Shown: positions 31,120 through 41,709, counted from the first letter of the stretch. The stretch is 64,000 bases of DNA from Spirochaetia bacterium (GCA_963677925.2 CAXXYH010000003.1:800001-864000); one strand, 5' to 3'. The notes: generated from the sequence alone by a model not told the origin. Translations and numbers: made by a program.

Positions 31120-32142
31120 CTACTGTTCGTATTTTTTTGCTGCTTCAACAGCTATGTTGTAGAGTTCTCTACCGGGCTTGCCGGCAGCTTCAAGCTCTTC
31201 TATCCATCCCTGTTTCATCGGATCTACAATTGAATGGAATTTAGCCATATCTGCGGCAGAGAGCTGATAAACATTCTTACCTTTTTCTTTGGCAAGGCCC
31301 ATTGCATGTGCAACTTCTGCATCGTACTGCTTTCCAATTCTTTCAGGGAAGGTAGCAACTATATCCATAATAACTTTTTTGTCGGCATCTGAAACTTTTG
31401 CCCAGAGGTCTTTATTCGCAAAAAAGATAAATGGTGTTGCATACATGTTAAGCTCTACAATCTGATCGGTAACTTCCATGAGTCTGAATGAAAGCAGCGC
31501 ACTCGGAGCCATTACTGTTCCGTCAACAATGCCTCTATCCATTGCATCATAAAGATCACTTACCGGAAGGCTAACTTCTACTCCGCCTATTTTTTCAATA
31601 ACATCGTTATAGATAGGGCCGGGAGATCTAAGCTTTACACCTTTAAGATCATCAAGGGTTTTAATTTCTTTCTTAAGAAGGAAATGTCCCAGATCGGAAC
31701 CTCCGAACCATAGAAGTTCTGTATCAGTATATTCATATTCACGAAGCATTGGTGTCATTTCAGCTGCAGTCAGGTTTGCCTGAAGAGATGAAGTAAACAT
31801 AAATGGATATTCAAGAATCTGTGACATGGGGAAACGTCCCGGTGTATAAGCAGGAAGTACAAATCCCATTCCCGCTACGCCGCTTACAACAGCATCATAT
31901 GTATCTCCGGGTGCAGCAAGAGCATTTCCGGGATGTACAACTATTTCAACACGGCCCTCAGTCTTTTCTTTAACTTCTGCTGCCATTGGTTCAAGCATAT
32001 TTACATTCAGTGGGTGAACGGCAGGCATAAAATGGTTAAGGTGGAAAACTACATGTCCGCCGCCTTCCTGATCCCCACTTGCATATGCAAATGAAACACT
32101 GATTAATACTGATAAGATAACTAAAAATACTTTCCTTTTCAT
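31120..32142 (-). CDS. dctP: TRAP substrate-binding protein
   Basis: Signal peptide; YTPGRFP, DLKGVKLRSPG, LYDAMDRGIVDG. Confidence 0.92.
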   Translation of the reverse strand: MKRKVFLVILSVLISVSFAYASGDQEGGGHVVFHLNHFMPAVHPLNVNMLEPMAAEVKEKTEGRVEIVVHPGNALAAPGDTYDAVVSGVAGMGFVLPAYTPGRFPMSQILEYPFMFTSSLQANLTAAEMTPMLREYEYTDTELLWFGGSDLGHFLLKKEIKTLDDLKGVKLRSPGPIYNDVIEKIGGVEVSLPVSDLYDAMDRGIVDGTVMAPSALLSFRLMEVTDQIVELNMYATPFIFFANKDLWAKVSDADKKVIMDIVATFPERIGKQYDAEVAHAMGLAKEKGKNVYQLSAADMAKFHSIVDPMKQGWIEELEAAGKPGRELYNIAVEAAKKYEQ

Positions 32143-32375
32143 AACAATCCTCCTATAAAATTCCTTACTTTTTTTTTCTGTCTGTTTTAAATGTGTTTAC
32201 ACCAGCCTCCTTCCCCCGTTATTTTGGATGAACTGGTCCGGCCAATATTAGTAATCGATTGACTGCATAAAAGAATGAGAAAAGCATAGGAGTAGATCGA
32301 GATGAAGAACAAAGAAGAAAGGCCGGTGCGTAAAAACTTGTTAGCGTAAAATTCAAGTATCAATCAAAATTTAAC

Positions 32376-32434
32376 TGAACGCGTTTACCGAATCTGTTCA
32401 ATAAAATTATCTCATCATATATCAATATTGTCAA
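32376..32434 (-). promoter_or_regulatory. Promoter of TRAP operon 2 with two tandem TetR-type operators at the start site
   Basis: TTGACA (32434-29)-17 nt-GATAAT (32411-06); TGAACGCGTTTA 32376-87 and CGAATCTGTTCA 32389-400. Confidence 0.6.
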
Positions 32435-32469
32435 TTTTAAATATTGTTAAAACGAAAGCTGTATGAACG

Positions 32470-32497
32470 AAAAAAAGCCCCGGAAAACTCCGGAGCT
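32470..32497 (-). terminator. Terminator of the upstream outer-membrane protein gene
   Basis: Minus strand GCTCCGGA-gttt-TCCGGGGC-T7. Confidence 0.8.
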
Positions 32498-32518
32498 GAT
32501 AATACCAATTTAAAAAAT

Positions 32519-33508
32519 TCAGAACTGGAATCTGGACCCTATAGAAGCACCCCAGACACCGTTGCTGAGATTGTAATTACCTGCAAGATTAATAATATAC
32601 GTACCGAACTTTAAATCAGAACCGGCTTCTGCAATAAAATAGATATCATTTGATTCAACAGGAGCAATATACATAGGGCTTGATACTGTAGCCGAAGGAG
32701 TGTAACGGCTATCGGCATACCAGGCGCTCATTCTGGCAAAGGGAATAAAAAAGCCGATCTGCTTTGAAATTCCAGCCTGAACAGTAAATGCCTGAACAAC
32801 TGTTTCAAGACCGAAGCTAAGATTGTCAAAACCTGAAAAATCAGCTGAGAGACTTGTAAGGTCTGCAAGTTCAAAAGTGAAATTATCAAAGACATAGCCT
32901 ACACCGACAGACACTGCAGGAAAAACACGAGTGTCCTTAAGTATCGGATACCTGATAAAGGCGCTTATATTAAGTGAAGACAGAGTAATCTGCTCCAGTT
33001 CGGACAAAAGGCCGGAAGCTAATCCAAGCAGGCTGGATGGAAGATAAAATCCGTTTATCAGCAGTTCAATATCTGAAAACACTTTCACACCGGCATTCAG
33101 CCTGAAGGATGGATAATATGCAATTGTCCCAAACAGGCTGTCAGTTATTGCCGAATCTCCGATAAGACTGCCGATATTTGTGACAATAAGATTATCAAGA
33201 TTAACAACCTCATAGTACCCGGTAAAGTCTTTATTCGACATAAGACCTGAACCCGAGGACACTGCGGCGACCGGTATAATATTAAAATAGAATCTATCTT
33301 CTCCAATTTCAGCCTGTCCGATATTCTGTCCTGAGACAGCATTCTGAATAAGAACAGGGGAAATATCATTGCCGATACCCGTAAGAAATTTGTCAAAATC
33401 TCCGCTGACGGCATTAACAAGGGCATCTTCTGATATCTCCTGAGCAAAAGTTCCGGAGACAGCTATTACCAACATCAGGAAAATGAATACCGTTTTTAAC
33501 TTTCTCAT
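32519..33508 (-). CDS. Secreted protein, likely outer-membrane beta-barrel
   Basis: Signal peptide; amphipathic strands (PAVSVGVGY, FIPFAR); terminal SIGSRFQF. Confidence 0.65.
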   Translation of the reverse strand: MRKLKTVFIFLMLVIAVSGTFAQEISEDALVNAVSGDFDKFLTGIGNDISPVLIQNAVSGQNIGQAEIGEDRFYFNIIPVAAVSSGSGLMSNKDFTGYYEVVNLDNLIVTNIGSLIGDSAITDSLFGTIAYYPSFRLNAGVKVFSDIELLINGFYLPSSLLGLASGLLSELEQITLSSLNISAFIRYPILKDTRVFPAVSVGVGYVFDNFTFELADLTSLSADFSGFDNLSFGLETVVQAFTVQAGISKQIGFFIPFARMSAWYADSRYTPSATVSSPMYIAPVESNDIYFIAEAGSDLKFGTYIINLAGNYNLSNGVWGASIGSRFQF

Positions 33509-33563
33509 AATTTATCCTCCATGTTGTTATCTACTATATCAAGCGTACCGCAATATCATTGAT

Positions 33564-34622
33564 TTACTTATCTTTTTCTCTGTTTTTCTTTACCTTCTCG
33601 GCTTTACGGCTGATACTGTTCCACACACCGGTTAAGCCCATAGCCTTTTTCATAGCTGTCACAGTCTGCCTTGCCTCTTCACGCATAACCATGGTTCCGT
33701 CAAAGATAACCTCATCAACAAAACCTGATTTTTCAGCATAAAAAGCACGTCTTTCACGAATAGGATCAAGAAATTCGTTAATAGCCCTTGCAAGGCTGTC
33801 TTTTACTTCTACATCTCCTATTTTACCTTCCCTGTAACGGGTCTTGAAATCTTCAACCTCAGCTTTATTATTATTGAATATATCATGGTATATAAAAACC
33901 GGATTTCCTTCAACTTTTCCGGGGATATCAGCCCGGATTCTGTTTGGATCGGTATACATCCCCCTGACTTTCTTTTCTACTGATTTTTTGTCATCTGACA
34001 GCATTATAGCGTTGCCAAGAGATTTGGACATCTTGGCATCACCATCGGTTCCAACGAGTGTCGGAACATCGCCGATCATTACGTCGGGAATAGGAAAAAC
34101 CTCACCGTACATACTGTTGAAACGTCTTGCGATTTCTCTAGAAAGCTCAACATGAGCTTCGTTATCCTTTCCAACAGGAACCAGATTAGCTCTGGGCATA
34201 AGAATATCTGCAGCCTGCAGAACTGGGTATCCAAGAAGTCCGAAAGGCATTTCATTAAAATTGGCAGCCTTTGCCATATCTTTCAGACTAGGCATACGCT
34301 GAAGTCTGGGTACTGTAACCAGCATCTCAAAGATGAGATTCATTTCAAAGACTTCATGAACAGCCGATTGAAGATAGATAGTAGCTTTTGAAGGATCAAT
34401 TCCGCATGCAAGGTAGTCAAGAACCATATCCCTTGCGTTCTCGGCAATCATTCCGATAGCATCACTGTCCGGTTTTGTAGTGAGAGTATGAAGATCGGCT
34501 ATAATAAAAAAGCAGTCGTACTGCTCCTGAAGTTTAACTCGGTTTGCAAGAGACCCTACATAATGTCCGAGATGCAGTTTTCCGGTAGGCCTGTCGCCTG
34601 TAAGTATTCGTTTTCTTTCCAT
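33564..34622 (-). CDS. trpS: Tryptophan--tRNA ligase
   Basis: [14 protein letters not shown] (HIGH), [15 protein letters not shown]. Confidence 0.97.
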   Translation of the reverse strand: MERKRILTGDRPTGKLHLGHYVGSLANRVKLQEQYDCFFIIADLHTLTTKPDSDAIGMIAENARDMVLDYLACGIDPSKATIYLQSAVHEVFEMNLIFEMLVTVPRLQRMPSLKDMAKAANFNEMPFGLLGYPVLQAADILMPRANLVPVGKDNEAHVELSREIARRFNSMYGEVFPIPDVMIGDVPTLVGTDGDAKMSKSLGNAIMLSDDKKSVEKKVRGMYTDPNRIRADIPGKVEGNPVFIYHDIFNNNKAEVEDFKTRYREGKIGDVEVKDSLARAINEFLDPIRERRAFYAEKSGFVDEVIFDGTMVMREEARQTVTAMKKAMGLTGVWNSISRKAEKVKKNREKDK

Positions 34623-34671
34623 AGATTAACTATATCTGCGGGTAGTGAATTAGACAAGACCTGAAATGATT

Positions 34672-35823
34672 TTAATCCTGTTCAGAAACAGAATCATCTT
34701 TAGCTTCGGTAATAATTTCAGAAGTAAAAAGAGAGTCTCCCAGTATGGTGGCAGCAGATTTGAATTTTTTGGTATTCCTGTTTTTTGCAACTTTTTTACC
34801 GTATTCCATCATAACTGCCATTGGCTTAAGACCGGGGATATTTTCAAATACAATCTTTAATACCGTAGTAATAGGGACTGCTATAAACATTCCGACAGGG
34901 CCCCAGATCCATCCCCATAGAAAGAGTGAAAACAGTATAATAACAGGACTCAAATTCAATCTGCGTCCCTGAAGCCTCGGATCAAAAAAATTGCCTACTA
35001 CTACCTGTATTAAAATCATAGATATGAATACAAAGATAATCGGTCCGGGCTGGGGAAAAAACTGTATGAATCCCATCAGGATTGTCACAGCCATAAGGAT
35101 AAACGAACCGATGTTGGGTATAAAGTTCAGAATAAAGGCCATAACACCCCAGATGAGTGCAAAATCCATCCCGATGACCTGGAGGCAGAACCAGACCAGA
35201 ACACCGGTTATAGCGCTTACAAAAAACTTTATCGAAAGATACCTGCCAATCTGCCTTGTGGTATGCCTTATAATAATTATTATTCTCTTTCCTGTTCTTC
35301 TGGGAAAAGCCTTTGATATTGTAACAGGCAGAAAGGGCGCCTCAATCAAAAGAAATATCATTGAAAGCACTATTATTACAATTGCACTGAAAAAATCCAT
35401 GACATTCTGGGTTATAGGGGTCAGAGAATTCATAAAAGTGGCCGTGTAGTCAATTTCAGCCATGGGGTTAACCGGCAGATCCATTGAAAAGTTCTGATTC
35501 AGCGTAGCTGAAATCTGGGTAAGAATGGATTCAAATCGGTCGTAATATTTCGGAGCCTCTTCTATAAATGAGTTGATACTCGACATAAAAAACAAACCGA
35601 CAAGATAGGCTATTCCGAAAACAATAAGCACAGCAAGTATAATGGCACCGTTTCTGGGCACCTTTATTTTGGTAAGAGTATCAACGACAGGAGCAAGGGT
35701 AAATGTTAAAAGTATGGAAAAAACGATGGGCATCATTACAGAAGATGCAAGTTTGAGTACAGCAATCAGGGCGAAAATTGTTATCAGGCCCAAAAATACA
35801 GAAATTGTTTTCTGATTATCCAT
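34672..35823 (-). CDS. AI-2E family transporter
   Basis: LNFIPNIGS, LNLSPVIILFSL..WGWIWGPVGMFIAVP. Confidence 0.9.
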   Translation of the reverse strand: MDNQKTISVFLGLITIFALIAVLKLASSVMMPIVFSILLTFTLAPVVDTLTKIKVPRNGAIILAVLIVFGIAYLVGLFFMSSINSFIEEAPKYYDRFESILTQISATLNQNFSMDLPVNPMAEIDYTATFMNSLTPITQNVMDFFSAIVIIVLSMIFLLIEAPFLPVTISKAFPRRTGKRIIIIIRHTTRQIGRYLSIKFFVSAITGVLVWFCLQVIGMDFALIWGVMAFILNFIPNIGSFILMAVTILMGFIQFFPQPGPIIFVFISMILIQVVVGNFFDPRLQGRRLNLSPVIILFSLFLWGWIWGPVGMFIAVPITTVLKIVFENIPGLKPMAVMMEYGKKVAKNRNTKKFKSAATILGDSLFTSEIITEAKDDSVSEQD

Positions 35824-35887
35824 AGTTTTTTATTCCCGTTGGTGATAGTATCCAGTATAGTGAATTTATCATGCATGGAGAAGCCGA

Positions 35888-36400
35888 ATGGTCAGCAAAT
35901 TCTTAAATAAAACGCCCGACACAGATAAAGCCAATTTTATTGCCTGGAATGCAGATGTTTCCGGAGATGTTGTACTCGGAAAAGAATCTTCCATCTGGTT
36001 CAGTGCAACCCTCAGAGGCGATATAGCTCCGATTCGTGTAGGTGACGGTTCCAATATTCAGGATAATTCGACCTGCCATATCAGCACCGATGTTCCGCTG
36101 ATAATCGGTAACTACGTTACTGTTGGTCACCAGGTAACCCTTCATTCCTGCAAAATTGCAGACCACTGCCTGATAGGGATGGGAGCTATTGTACTCGATA
36201 ACGCAGAAATTGGAGAGTACAGTATTGTAGGAGCCGGAAGCTTAGTGACCAAGGGAAAGAAGTTCCCACCCCGCTCCATGATACTCGGCTCTCCGGCAAA
36301 GGTCGTTCGCGAACTTACTGACGAGGAAGTAGCCTCAATAGATAAATCTGCAGAAAGGTATATTCTGCATTCAAAAGAAACAGCAGATTCAAGAAAATAA
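35888..36400 (+). CDS. Gamma carbonic anhydrase family (YrdA-like hexapeptide-repeat protein)
   Basis: LRGD, SNIQDNSTCH, TVGHQVTLH, GSPAKVVR. Confidence 0.92.
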   Translation: MVSKFLNKTPDTDKANFIAWNADVSGDVVLGKESSIWFSATLRGDIAPIRVGDGSNIQDNSTCHISTDVPLIIGNYVTVGHQVTLHSCKIADHCLIGMGAIVLDNAEIGEYSIVGAGSLVTKGKKFPPRSMILGSPAKVVRELTDEEVASIDKSAERYILHSKETADSRK

Positions 36401-36402
36401 AA

Positions 36403-36450
36403 GAAAACCGGGCTTTTAAGTAAGAAAATACTTATAAACCCGGTTTTTTC
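36403..36450 (+). terminator. Imperfect long hairpin, probable terminator before the fabH promoter
   Basis: AAAACCGGG...TAAGTA/TACTTA...CCCGGTTTT followed by T run. Confidence 0.55.
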
Positions 36451-36453
36451 AGC

Positions 36454-36481
36454 TTGATTATCGGTCGGCAACCGATATAAT
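36454..36481 (+). promoter_or_regulatory. fabH promoter containing a TATCGG-N7-CCGATA operator
   Basis: TTGATT (36454-59)-16 nt-TATAAT (36476-81); palindrome 36459-36477 fills the spacer. Confidence 0.7.
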
Positions 36482-36509
36482 ATGATTTAACGCACTCGAG
36501 GAGGACACT

Positions 36510-37496
36510 ATGATTGCGGAAATTCTTGGCTTAGGTGCTTATGTACCCGAAAAAGCAATTACCAACGAAGAACTTTCTAAGACTGTCGATACCACTGACG
36601 AATGGATTAGATCACATACCGGAATAGGTAAAAGACATATCATTGCAGAAGATGAGACAACTTCTGATACAGCTGTAAAGGCTGCAAAGATAGCAATTGA
36701 ACGTGCAGGAATAGATGTACAGGAGATAGATTTTATTATACTTGCAACAGCGTCAGGTGATTATGCGGGATTTCCTTCAACAGCCTGTGTTGTACAGCAC
36801 AAACTTGGAATCAGAAATACTGCGGCTGTAGATATTGGTGCAGGCTGTACCGGTTTTGTTTACGGACTTGAAATGGGACGCAGTCTGCTTCTTGCCGGCG
36901 GAGCCAAAAGGGTGCTGGTTATCGGCGTCGAATCACTTTCAAGAATTGTAAACTGGAAAGATCGTAATACATGCGTACTGTTCGGAGACGGTGCAGGAGC
37001 TGCTGTTCTAGGGCTGAGTGAAGATGATAACGGAAGCGGAATAATTGATTCCTTTCTGGGCGCAGAAGGCGACGGATTTGAACACCTTATGAGGAAGGCC
37101 GGCGGAGCCAAGCACCCGTTTCACATCGGTGAGTACGAAGAAGAAGATCTCTATGTCAGCATGAACGGCCGCAGGGTTTACGGTTTTGCTGTTAAGGTTA
37201 ATGAGACCATTATCAATTCACTTCTTAAAAACAATAATCTTTCTGTAGACGATGTCAGCAGAATTGTCCCTCATCAGGCAAATATAAGAATTATTCAGGC
37301 CGCTGCGAAGAGACTTGAACTTCCTGAGGAAAAGTTTTTCATCAACATCGAAGAATATGCCAACACTTCAGCAGCCTCAATACCAATCGCGCTTAATGAT
37401 ATGCTTTCAAAAGGACAGCTCAAGAAGGGTGACCTTATAATTACTACAGGATTCGGTGCAGGCCTTACCTACGGCGGCAACCTGATACGCTGGTAA
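36510..37496 (+). CDS. fabH: 3-oxoacyl-ACP synthase III
   Basis: AGCTGF (Cys), PHQAN (His), ANTSAASIP (Asn), GFGAGLT. Confidence 0.96.
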   Translation: MIAEILGLGAYVPEKAITNEELSKTVDTTDEWIRSHTGIGKRHIIAEDETTSDTAVKAAKIAIERAGIDVQEIDFIILATASGDYAGFPSTACVVQHKLGIRNTAAVDIGAGCTGFVYGLEMGRSLLLAGGAKRVLVIGVESLSRIVNWKDRNTCVLFGDGAGAAVLGLSEDDNGSGIIDSFLGAEGDGFEHLMRKAGGAKHPFHIGEYEEEDLYVSMNGRRVYGFAVKVNETIINSLLKNNNLSVDDVSRIVPHQANIRIIQAAAKRLELPEEKFFINIEEYANTSAASIPIALNDMLSKGQLKKGDLIITTGFGAGLTYGGNLIRW

Positions 37497-37513
37497 AAAG
37501 ACAAATAATGGAT

Positions 37514-37552
37514 AAAAAAAGGGAGCCGGTGTGAGTACGGCTCCCTTTTTTT
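37514..37552. terminator. Bidirectional terminator
   Basis: A7-GGGAGCCG-9 nt-CGGCTCCC-T7. Confidence 0.88.
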
Positions 37553-37587
37553 ATCAGTTATAAGAATACTTTACAGGACTTAGAACA

Positions 37588-39231
37588 TCAGCCCCTTCCA
37601 TTCTTTATCATATCAACAGCCATTTCACCCATCTTGTACTTCTGAATCTTACCGCTTGCTGTCAGCGGATATGAATCAACAAAAAATACATATTTAGGGA
37701 TTTTATGCCTGGCAATCTGACCACGGCAGAAATCACGAACATCTTCTTCCTTTGTCTTCTTACCGTCATGCAGGACAATAAAAGCTCCTACCTGCTCACC
37801 GTATTTTTCATCAGGAACCCCGGCAACCTGTACATCCTTAATTTCCGGCATGCCGTAAAGAAACTCTTCAATCTCTCTGGGGTATATATTCTCCCCTCCC
37901 CTGATAATCATGTCCTTGATGCGTCCGGTAACCCTGAAAAAGCCGTCCTCGTCCTTTATTCCGAGGTCTCCCGAGTGCAGCCAGCCGTCCTTGTCGATAC
38001 AGGCGGCAGTTGCTTCGGGCATCTTGTAATATCCCTTCATGATGTTGTAGCCACGGCAGCAGAGCTCACCCTGGACTTCAACAGGACATTCCTCACCTGT
38101 TTCAGGATCAAAAACCTTCACTTCAATACCCGGAAGCTCCTGACCGACAGTAGCAACTCTCTTTTCAAGCGGATCGTCAGTTCTTGTCTGGGTCATTACC
38201 GGGGACCCCTCAGTAAGTCCGTAGGCTATAGTAACCTCGCTCATATTCATCTTTTCAACAACCTGCTTCATGGTTTCCATTGGACAGGGGGAACCGGCCA
38301 TAATTCCGGTACGTAGACTGCTGAGATCGAACATGTCGAACATCGGATGATTCAGCTCGGCAATGAACATTGTAGGCACCCCGTAAAGGGCGGTACACTT
38401 CTCTTTCTGTACTGAAGCAAGCGTGACCAGCGGATCGAACTTTTCAATCATTACAAGACCGGCACCGTGAGTTATTATTGCCATAACCCCCAGAACAATA
38501 CCGAAACAGTGAAACAGCGGAGGAGCGAGGCAGAGAATATCCCTGTCGGTAAACTTCTGACACTCACCGATATAAAACCCGTTATTGAGGATATTATGAT
38601 GGGTAAGCATAACTCCTTTTGGAAATCCGGTTGTACCGGAAGTATACTGCATATTTATAACGTCATGAGTATCACAGCTGTCAAAGAGTTTTCTGAGTTG
38701 AGCATCATCCTCATAAGCTCCCAGAAGAAGAAGTTCTTCTGTATTGTACATTCCCCGGTGTTTCTGCTGTCCTATAAAAACTACGTTTTTAAGAAAGGGG
38801 AATTTCTCTGATTTCAAAGCTCCCCTCTGTGAAGTTTTCAGCTCAGGAACCAGACTGTATACCATCTGTACATAGTCGCTGTCTTTGTGGCTGTCTATTA
38901 TACAAAGTGTGTCGAGATCAGCCTGTTCAACAAGATAGGCAAGCTCATGTTCCTTGTACTCAGTATTTACGGTGACAAGCACTGCGCCAATCTTGGCTGT
39001 TGCAAAAAAGAAAGTAAGCCAGTCAGGGACATTAGTCGCCCATATTCCGACATGTGAGCCCTTTGTAATTCCGATTTTCATCAGGCCCAGAGCCAGTCTG
39101 TTTATACGCTGGTCAAACTGTGAATATGAAAAACGCAGGTTCCGGTCCGAATAAACCATAAAATCCTTATCCGGAAATGCGGCTACCTGCTCCTCAAATA
39201 CCTGTCCTATTGTTTTATTTATTAGTTTCAT
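37588..39231 (-). CDS. AMP-binding acyl-CoA synthetase
   Basis: [44 protein letters not shown]. Confidence 0.93.
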   Translation of the reverse strand: MKLINKTIGQVFEEQVAAFPDKDFMVYSDRNLRFSYSQFDQRINRLALGLMKIGITKGSHVGIWATNVPDWLTFFFATAKIGAVLVTVNTEYKEHELAYLVEQADLDTLCIIDSHKDSDYVQMVYSLVPELKTSQRGALKSEKFPFLKNVVFIGQQKHRGMYNTEELLLLGAYEDDAQLRKLFDSCDTHDVINMQYTSGTTGFPKGVMLTHHNILNNGFYIGECQKFTDRDILCLAPPLFHCFGIVLGVMAIITHGAGLVMIEKFDPLVTLASVQKEKCTALYGVPTMFIAELNHPMFDMFDLSSLRTGIMAGSPCPMETMKQVVEKMNMSEVTIAYGLTEGSPVMTQTRTDDPLEKRVATVGQELPGIEVKVFDPETGEECPVEVQGELCCRGYNIMKGYYKMPEATAACIDKDGWLHSGDLGIKDEDGFFRVTGRIKDMIIRGGENIYPREIEEFLYGMPEIKDVQVAGVPDEKYGEQVGAFIVLHDGKKTKEEDVRDFCRGQIARHKIPKYVFFVDSYPLTASGKIQKYKMGEMAVDMIKNGRG

Positions 39232-39245
39232 ATGATCTCCGGTAA

Positions 39246-39818
39246 TCAGGATGGTTCATGAATTACAGCCAGAATTTTCGCATTCACGCCTGCAGCACGG
39301 ACATCATGCTCAACTACTGAATCATAATAAATGCTTTCCCCGGCTTCCAGCAGATGCGTTTCTTTTCCATATATAACTTCTATTTTGCCCTCAAGCACAT
39401 AAACAAATTCCTCACCCTCGTGTGATGAAAGAGGGGTTTTCTCTCCTTCAGAATAAGTGAGTTCAACAATAAGAGGCTCCATATGCCTTGAAGCCTTGTT
39501 TACTGCAAGAGAATAAAAAGTGCGGTCAGCATCGGTATCATTATCAATCCCGCGTACTCTTTTGGATTCAGCCATATCACCTGCTTTGCTGACAACCGGG
39601 CCCTCAGAAGCCTGATCATCAAGAAAAGTTCCCAGACGTACACCGAGAGCCCTTGAAAGTTTAATGAGCGGGCTTAGATAAGGTACAAGTTCACCCTTCT
39701 CTATTTTTTCGATGAGTTTTGCATCAATTCCTGCCCTTGCGGCAAGCTCATCTGTTGTAATGGCATGTTTTTCACGAAACATCCTTATTTTTTCACCTAA
39801 TTTTTCGTTATAAACCAT
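39246..39818 (-). CDS. XRE-family HTH + cupin transcriptional regulator
   Basis: N-terminal HTH (ELAARAGI...IEKGE); cupin [12 protein letters not shown]...YYDSVVEH. Confidence 0.92.
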   Translation of the reverse strand: MVYNEKLGEKIRMFREKHAITTDELAARAGIDAKLIEKIEKGELVPYLSPLIKLSRALGVRLGTFLDDQASEGPVVSKAGDMAESKRVRGIDNDTDADRTFYSLAVNKASRHMEPLIVELTYSEGEKTPLSSHEGEEFVYVLEGKIEVIYGKETHLLEAGESIYYDSVVEHDVRAAGVNAKILAVIHEPS

Positions 39819-39895
39819 AATTCCCTCTGCTTATATTGTTTTATCTTGGTCTAAGAACGAAGTTTAACATAGAGGCATACTATTTAACAGTTTTT

Positions 39896-39951
39896 TTTCG
39901 GCCATTGACCGATATTTTACTTAAATCACTTTATCGGCCGTTGACCGATAA
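39896..39951. promoter_or_regulatory. Two copies of the TATCGG-N7-CCGATA operator upstream of fabD
   Basis: TTTCGG-ccattga-CCGATA 39896-39914 and TATCGG-ccgttga-CCGATA 39932-39950; the second overlaps a TTGACC -35. Confidence 0.72.
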
Positions 39952-40004
39952 GAGCAAGTATGATATTAATTTATCCATAAATAATTAGAATTCAGGGAGA
40001 TAAT

Positions 40005-40931
40005 ATGAAAACTTGTTTTCTTTATCCGGGCCAGGGTGCTCAGTACCCGGAAATGGGAAAGGATCTCTGGGAAAAATATTCCGGAGTAAAAGAGCTTTTT
40101 ACAGCGGCTTCTGATATTACCGGACTTGATTGTGAAAAACTTCTGTTTGAAGGTGATGTACAGACACTTGGACGAACTGATAATACACAGCCCGCAGTTA
40201 CACTTGTTAATCTGGCTGTAAAAAATACACTGAAAGAGCTGGGACTCGAATCCGACGGATGTGCAGGACACAGTCTTGGTGAATGGGCAGCATATGCAGA
40301 TGCCGGAATCCTTTCCGATCTTGAGGTAATGAAGGCGGTAGCGCTTCGCGGTAAATACATGCATGAGGCAGGAGAGAAGGCATCAGGAGAAGGTGCTGAC
40401 TCAAGCATGGCAGCAGTAATCGGACTTGACCTTGCTCAGGTTAATGCCGCTATTGAGAGTATTGAAGGCGTCTACATGGCCAACTGGAACGCTGACAAGC
40501 AGATAGTAATTTCAGGAACCCAGAACGGACTTGCCGCTGCTGAGGGCGTTTTAAAAGAAGCAGGAGCCAGAAGGGTTCTCAGGCTTAAGGTTTCAGCCCC
40601 CTGTCACTCACCTCTTCTTAATGAAGCCCGTGACAAGTTCAGTGAATACCTTAACAGTCTTGATTTCAAGGATCCGGTAAAGGCGATTTATTCCAATGTT
40701 ACCGGTAAGATTGTTAAAGACGGCGCTGAGGCAAAGGATCTCGCCGTAAAACAGATTGTTTCTTCCGTTTTATGGGTAGATGAAGAAAATAATATTGCAG
40801 CAGACGGATACGACAGATGTCTGGAAACCGGTCCGGGAAAAATCCTCTGCGGTCTATGGAAAAATATAGCAACAGAAATTCCCGTTTTTCCATGCGGCAC
40901 TGTTGAACAGATAGAAGAAATTAAAGGTTAA
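40005..40931 (+). CDS. fabD: Malonyl-CoA:ACP transacylase
   Basis: PGQGAQ, TQPA, GHSLGE, SAPCHS, ETGPG. Confidence 0.96.
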   Translation: MKTCFLYPGQGAQYPEMGKDLWEKYSGVKELFTAASDITGLDCEKLLFEGDVQTLGRTDNTQPAVTLVNLAVKNTLKELGLESDGCAGHSLGEWAAYADAGILSDLEVMKAVALRGKYMHEAGEKASGEGADSSMAAVIGLDLAQVNAAIESIEGVYMANWNADKQIVISGTQNGLAAAEGVLKEAGARRVLRLKVSAPCHSPLLNEARDKFSEYLNSLDFKDPVKAIYSNVTGKIVKDGAEAKDLAVKQIVSSVLWVDEENNIAADGYDRCLETGPGKILCGLWKNIATEIPVFPCGTVEQIEEIKG

Positions 40932-40944
40932 ATCAGGAGTAGAT

Positions 40945-41688
40945 ATGTTATTAAAGGGAAAAAAAGCAGTCGTTACCGGAGGCTCAAAGGGCATCGGTAA
41001 GACTATAGTTGAAGCATTCATCAAGGAAGGCGCTTCAGTATGGTACATCAGCAGAAGTGAATGTGCTCAGGCGGATGAGCTTCAGAAACTTGCAGAAGAA
41101 AACGGAGTCAGTGTTACCTGGAAAAAGGGTTCTGTTTCCGATTCTCAGGAAATGGCTGCAGTTTCAGCAGAAATTCTGAAAGAAGCCGAACAGATTGATA
41201 TTCTTGTGAATAATGCAGGCATCACAAAGGACGGTCTTGTTTTCATGATGAAGGACGAAGCCTGGAATGATGTTCTGGCAACAAACCTTTCAAGCTGTTT
41301 CTACCTCAGTAAGTCTTTCGGTCGTGCTATGGCCAAGAAACGATCCGGGTCAATAATCAACGTATCATCCGTAGTCGGAGTAATCGGCAACGGGGGTCAG
41401 ACAAACTATGCAGCATCAAAGGCAGGTATTATCGGATTTACCAAAAGTCTTGCACGCGAAATTGCAGGCAGAGGCGTAAGAGTAAACGCCATCGCTCCGG
41501 GATTCATTAAATCAGATATGACCGAAGCAATTCCTGAAGCTGCTAAAGAAGAATTTATGAAAAAGATTCCGTTCGGCCGAATCGGTGAACCCGAAGAAGT
41601 CGCATCAGTTGTTGTTTTTCTCGCCTCCGAAATGTCTACCTATATCACAGGTCAGGTTCTCGGAATTGACGGCGGAATGGGAATGTAA
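40945..41688 (+). CDS. fabG: 3-oxoacyl-ACP reductase
   Basis: TGGSKGIG, NNAGITKD, NYAASKAG. Confidence 0.96.
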   Translation: MLLKGKKAVVTGGSKGIGKTIVEAFIKEGASVWYISRSECAQADELQKLAEENGVSVTWKKGSVSDSQEMAAVSAEILKEAEQIDILVNNAGITKDGLVFMMKDEAWNDVLATNLSSCFYLSKSFGRAMAKKRSGSIINVSSVVGVIGNGGQTNYAASKAGIIGFTKSLAREIAGRGVRVNAIAPGFIKSDMTEAIPEAAKEEFMKKIPFGRIGEPEEVASVVVFLASEMSTYITGQVLGIDGGMGM

Positions 41689-41709
41689 TCCACATTAAGG
41701 AGAATAATT

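Noticed and set aside
32302-32349. 15-aa plus-strand ORF MKNKEERPVRKNLLA with an AGGAG upstream, and a 22-aa minus-strand uORF MLFSFFYAVN...
   Set aside because: Very short; no promoter or terminator support for the first and no SD for the second; not distinguishable from chance
39966-40408. Minus-strand ORFs of 132 and 122 aa, and many similar 60-170 aa ORFs across the window
   Set aside because: Antisense or out-of-frame to well-supported genes, with no motifs or RBS
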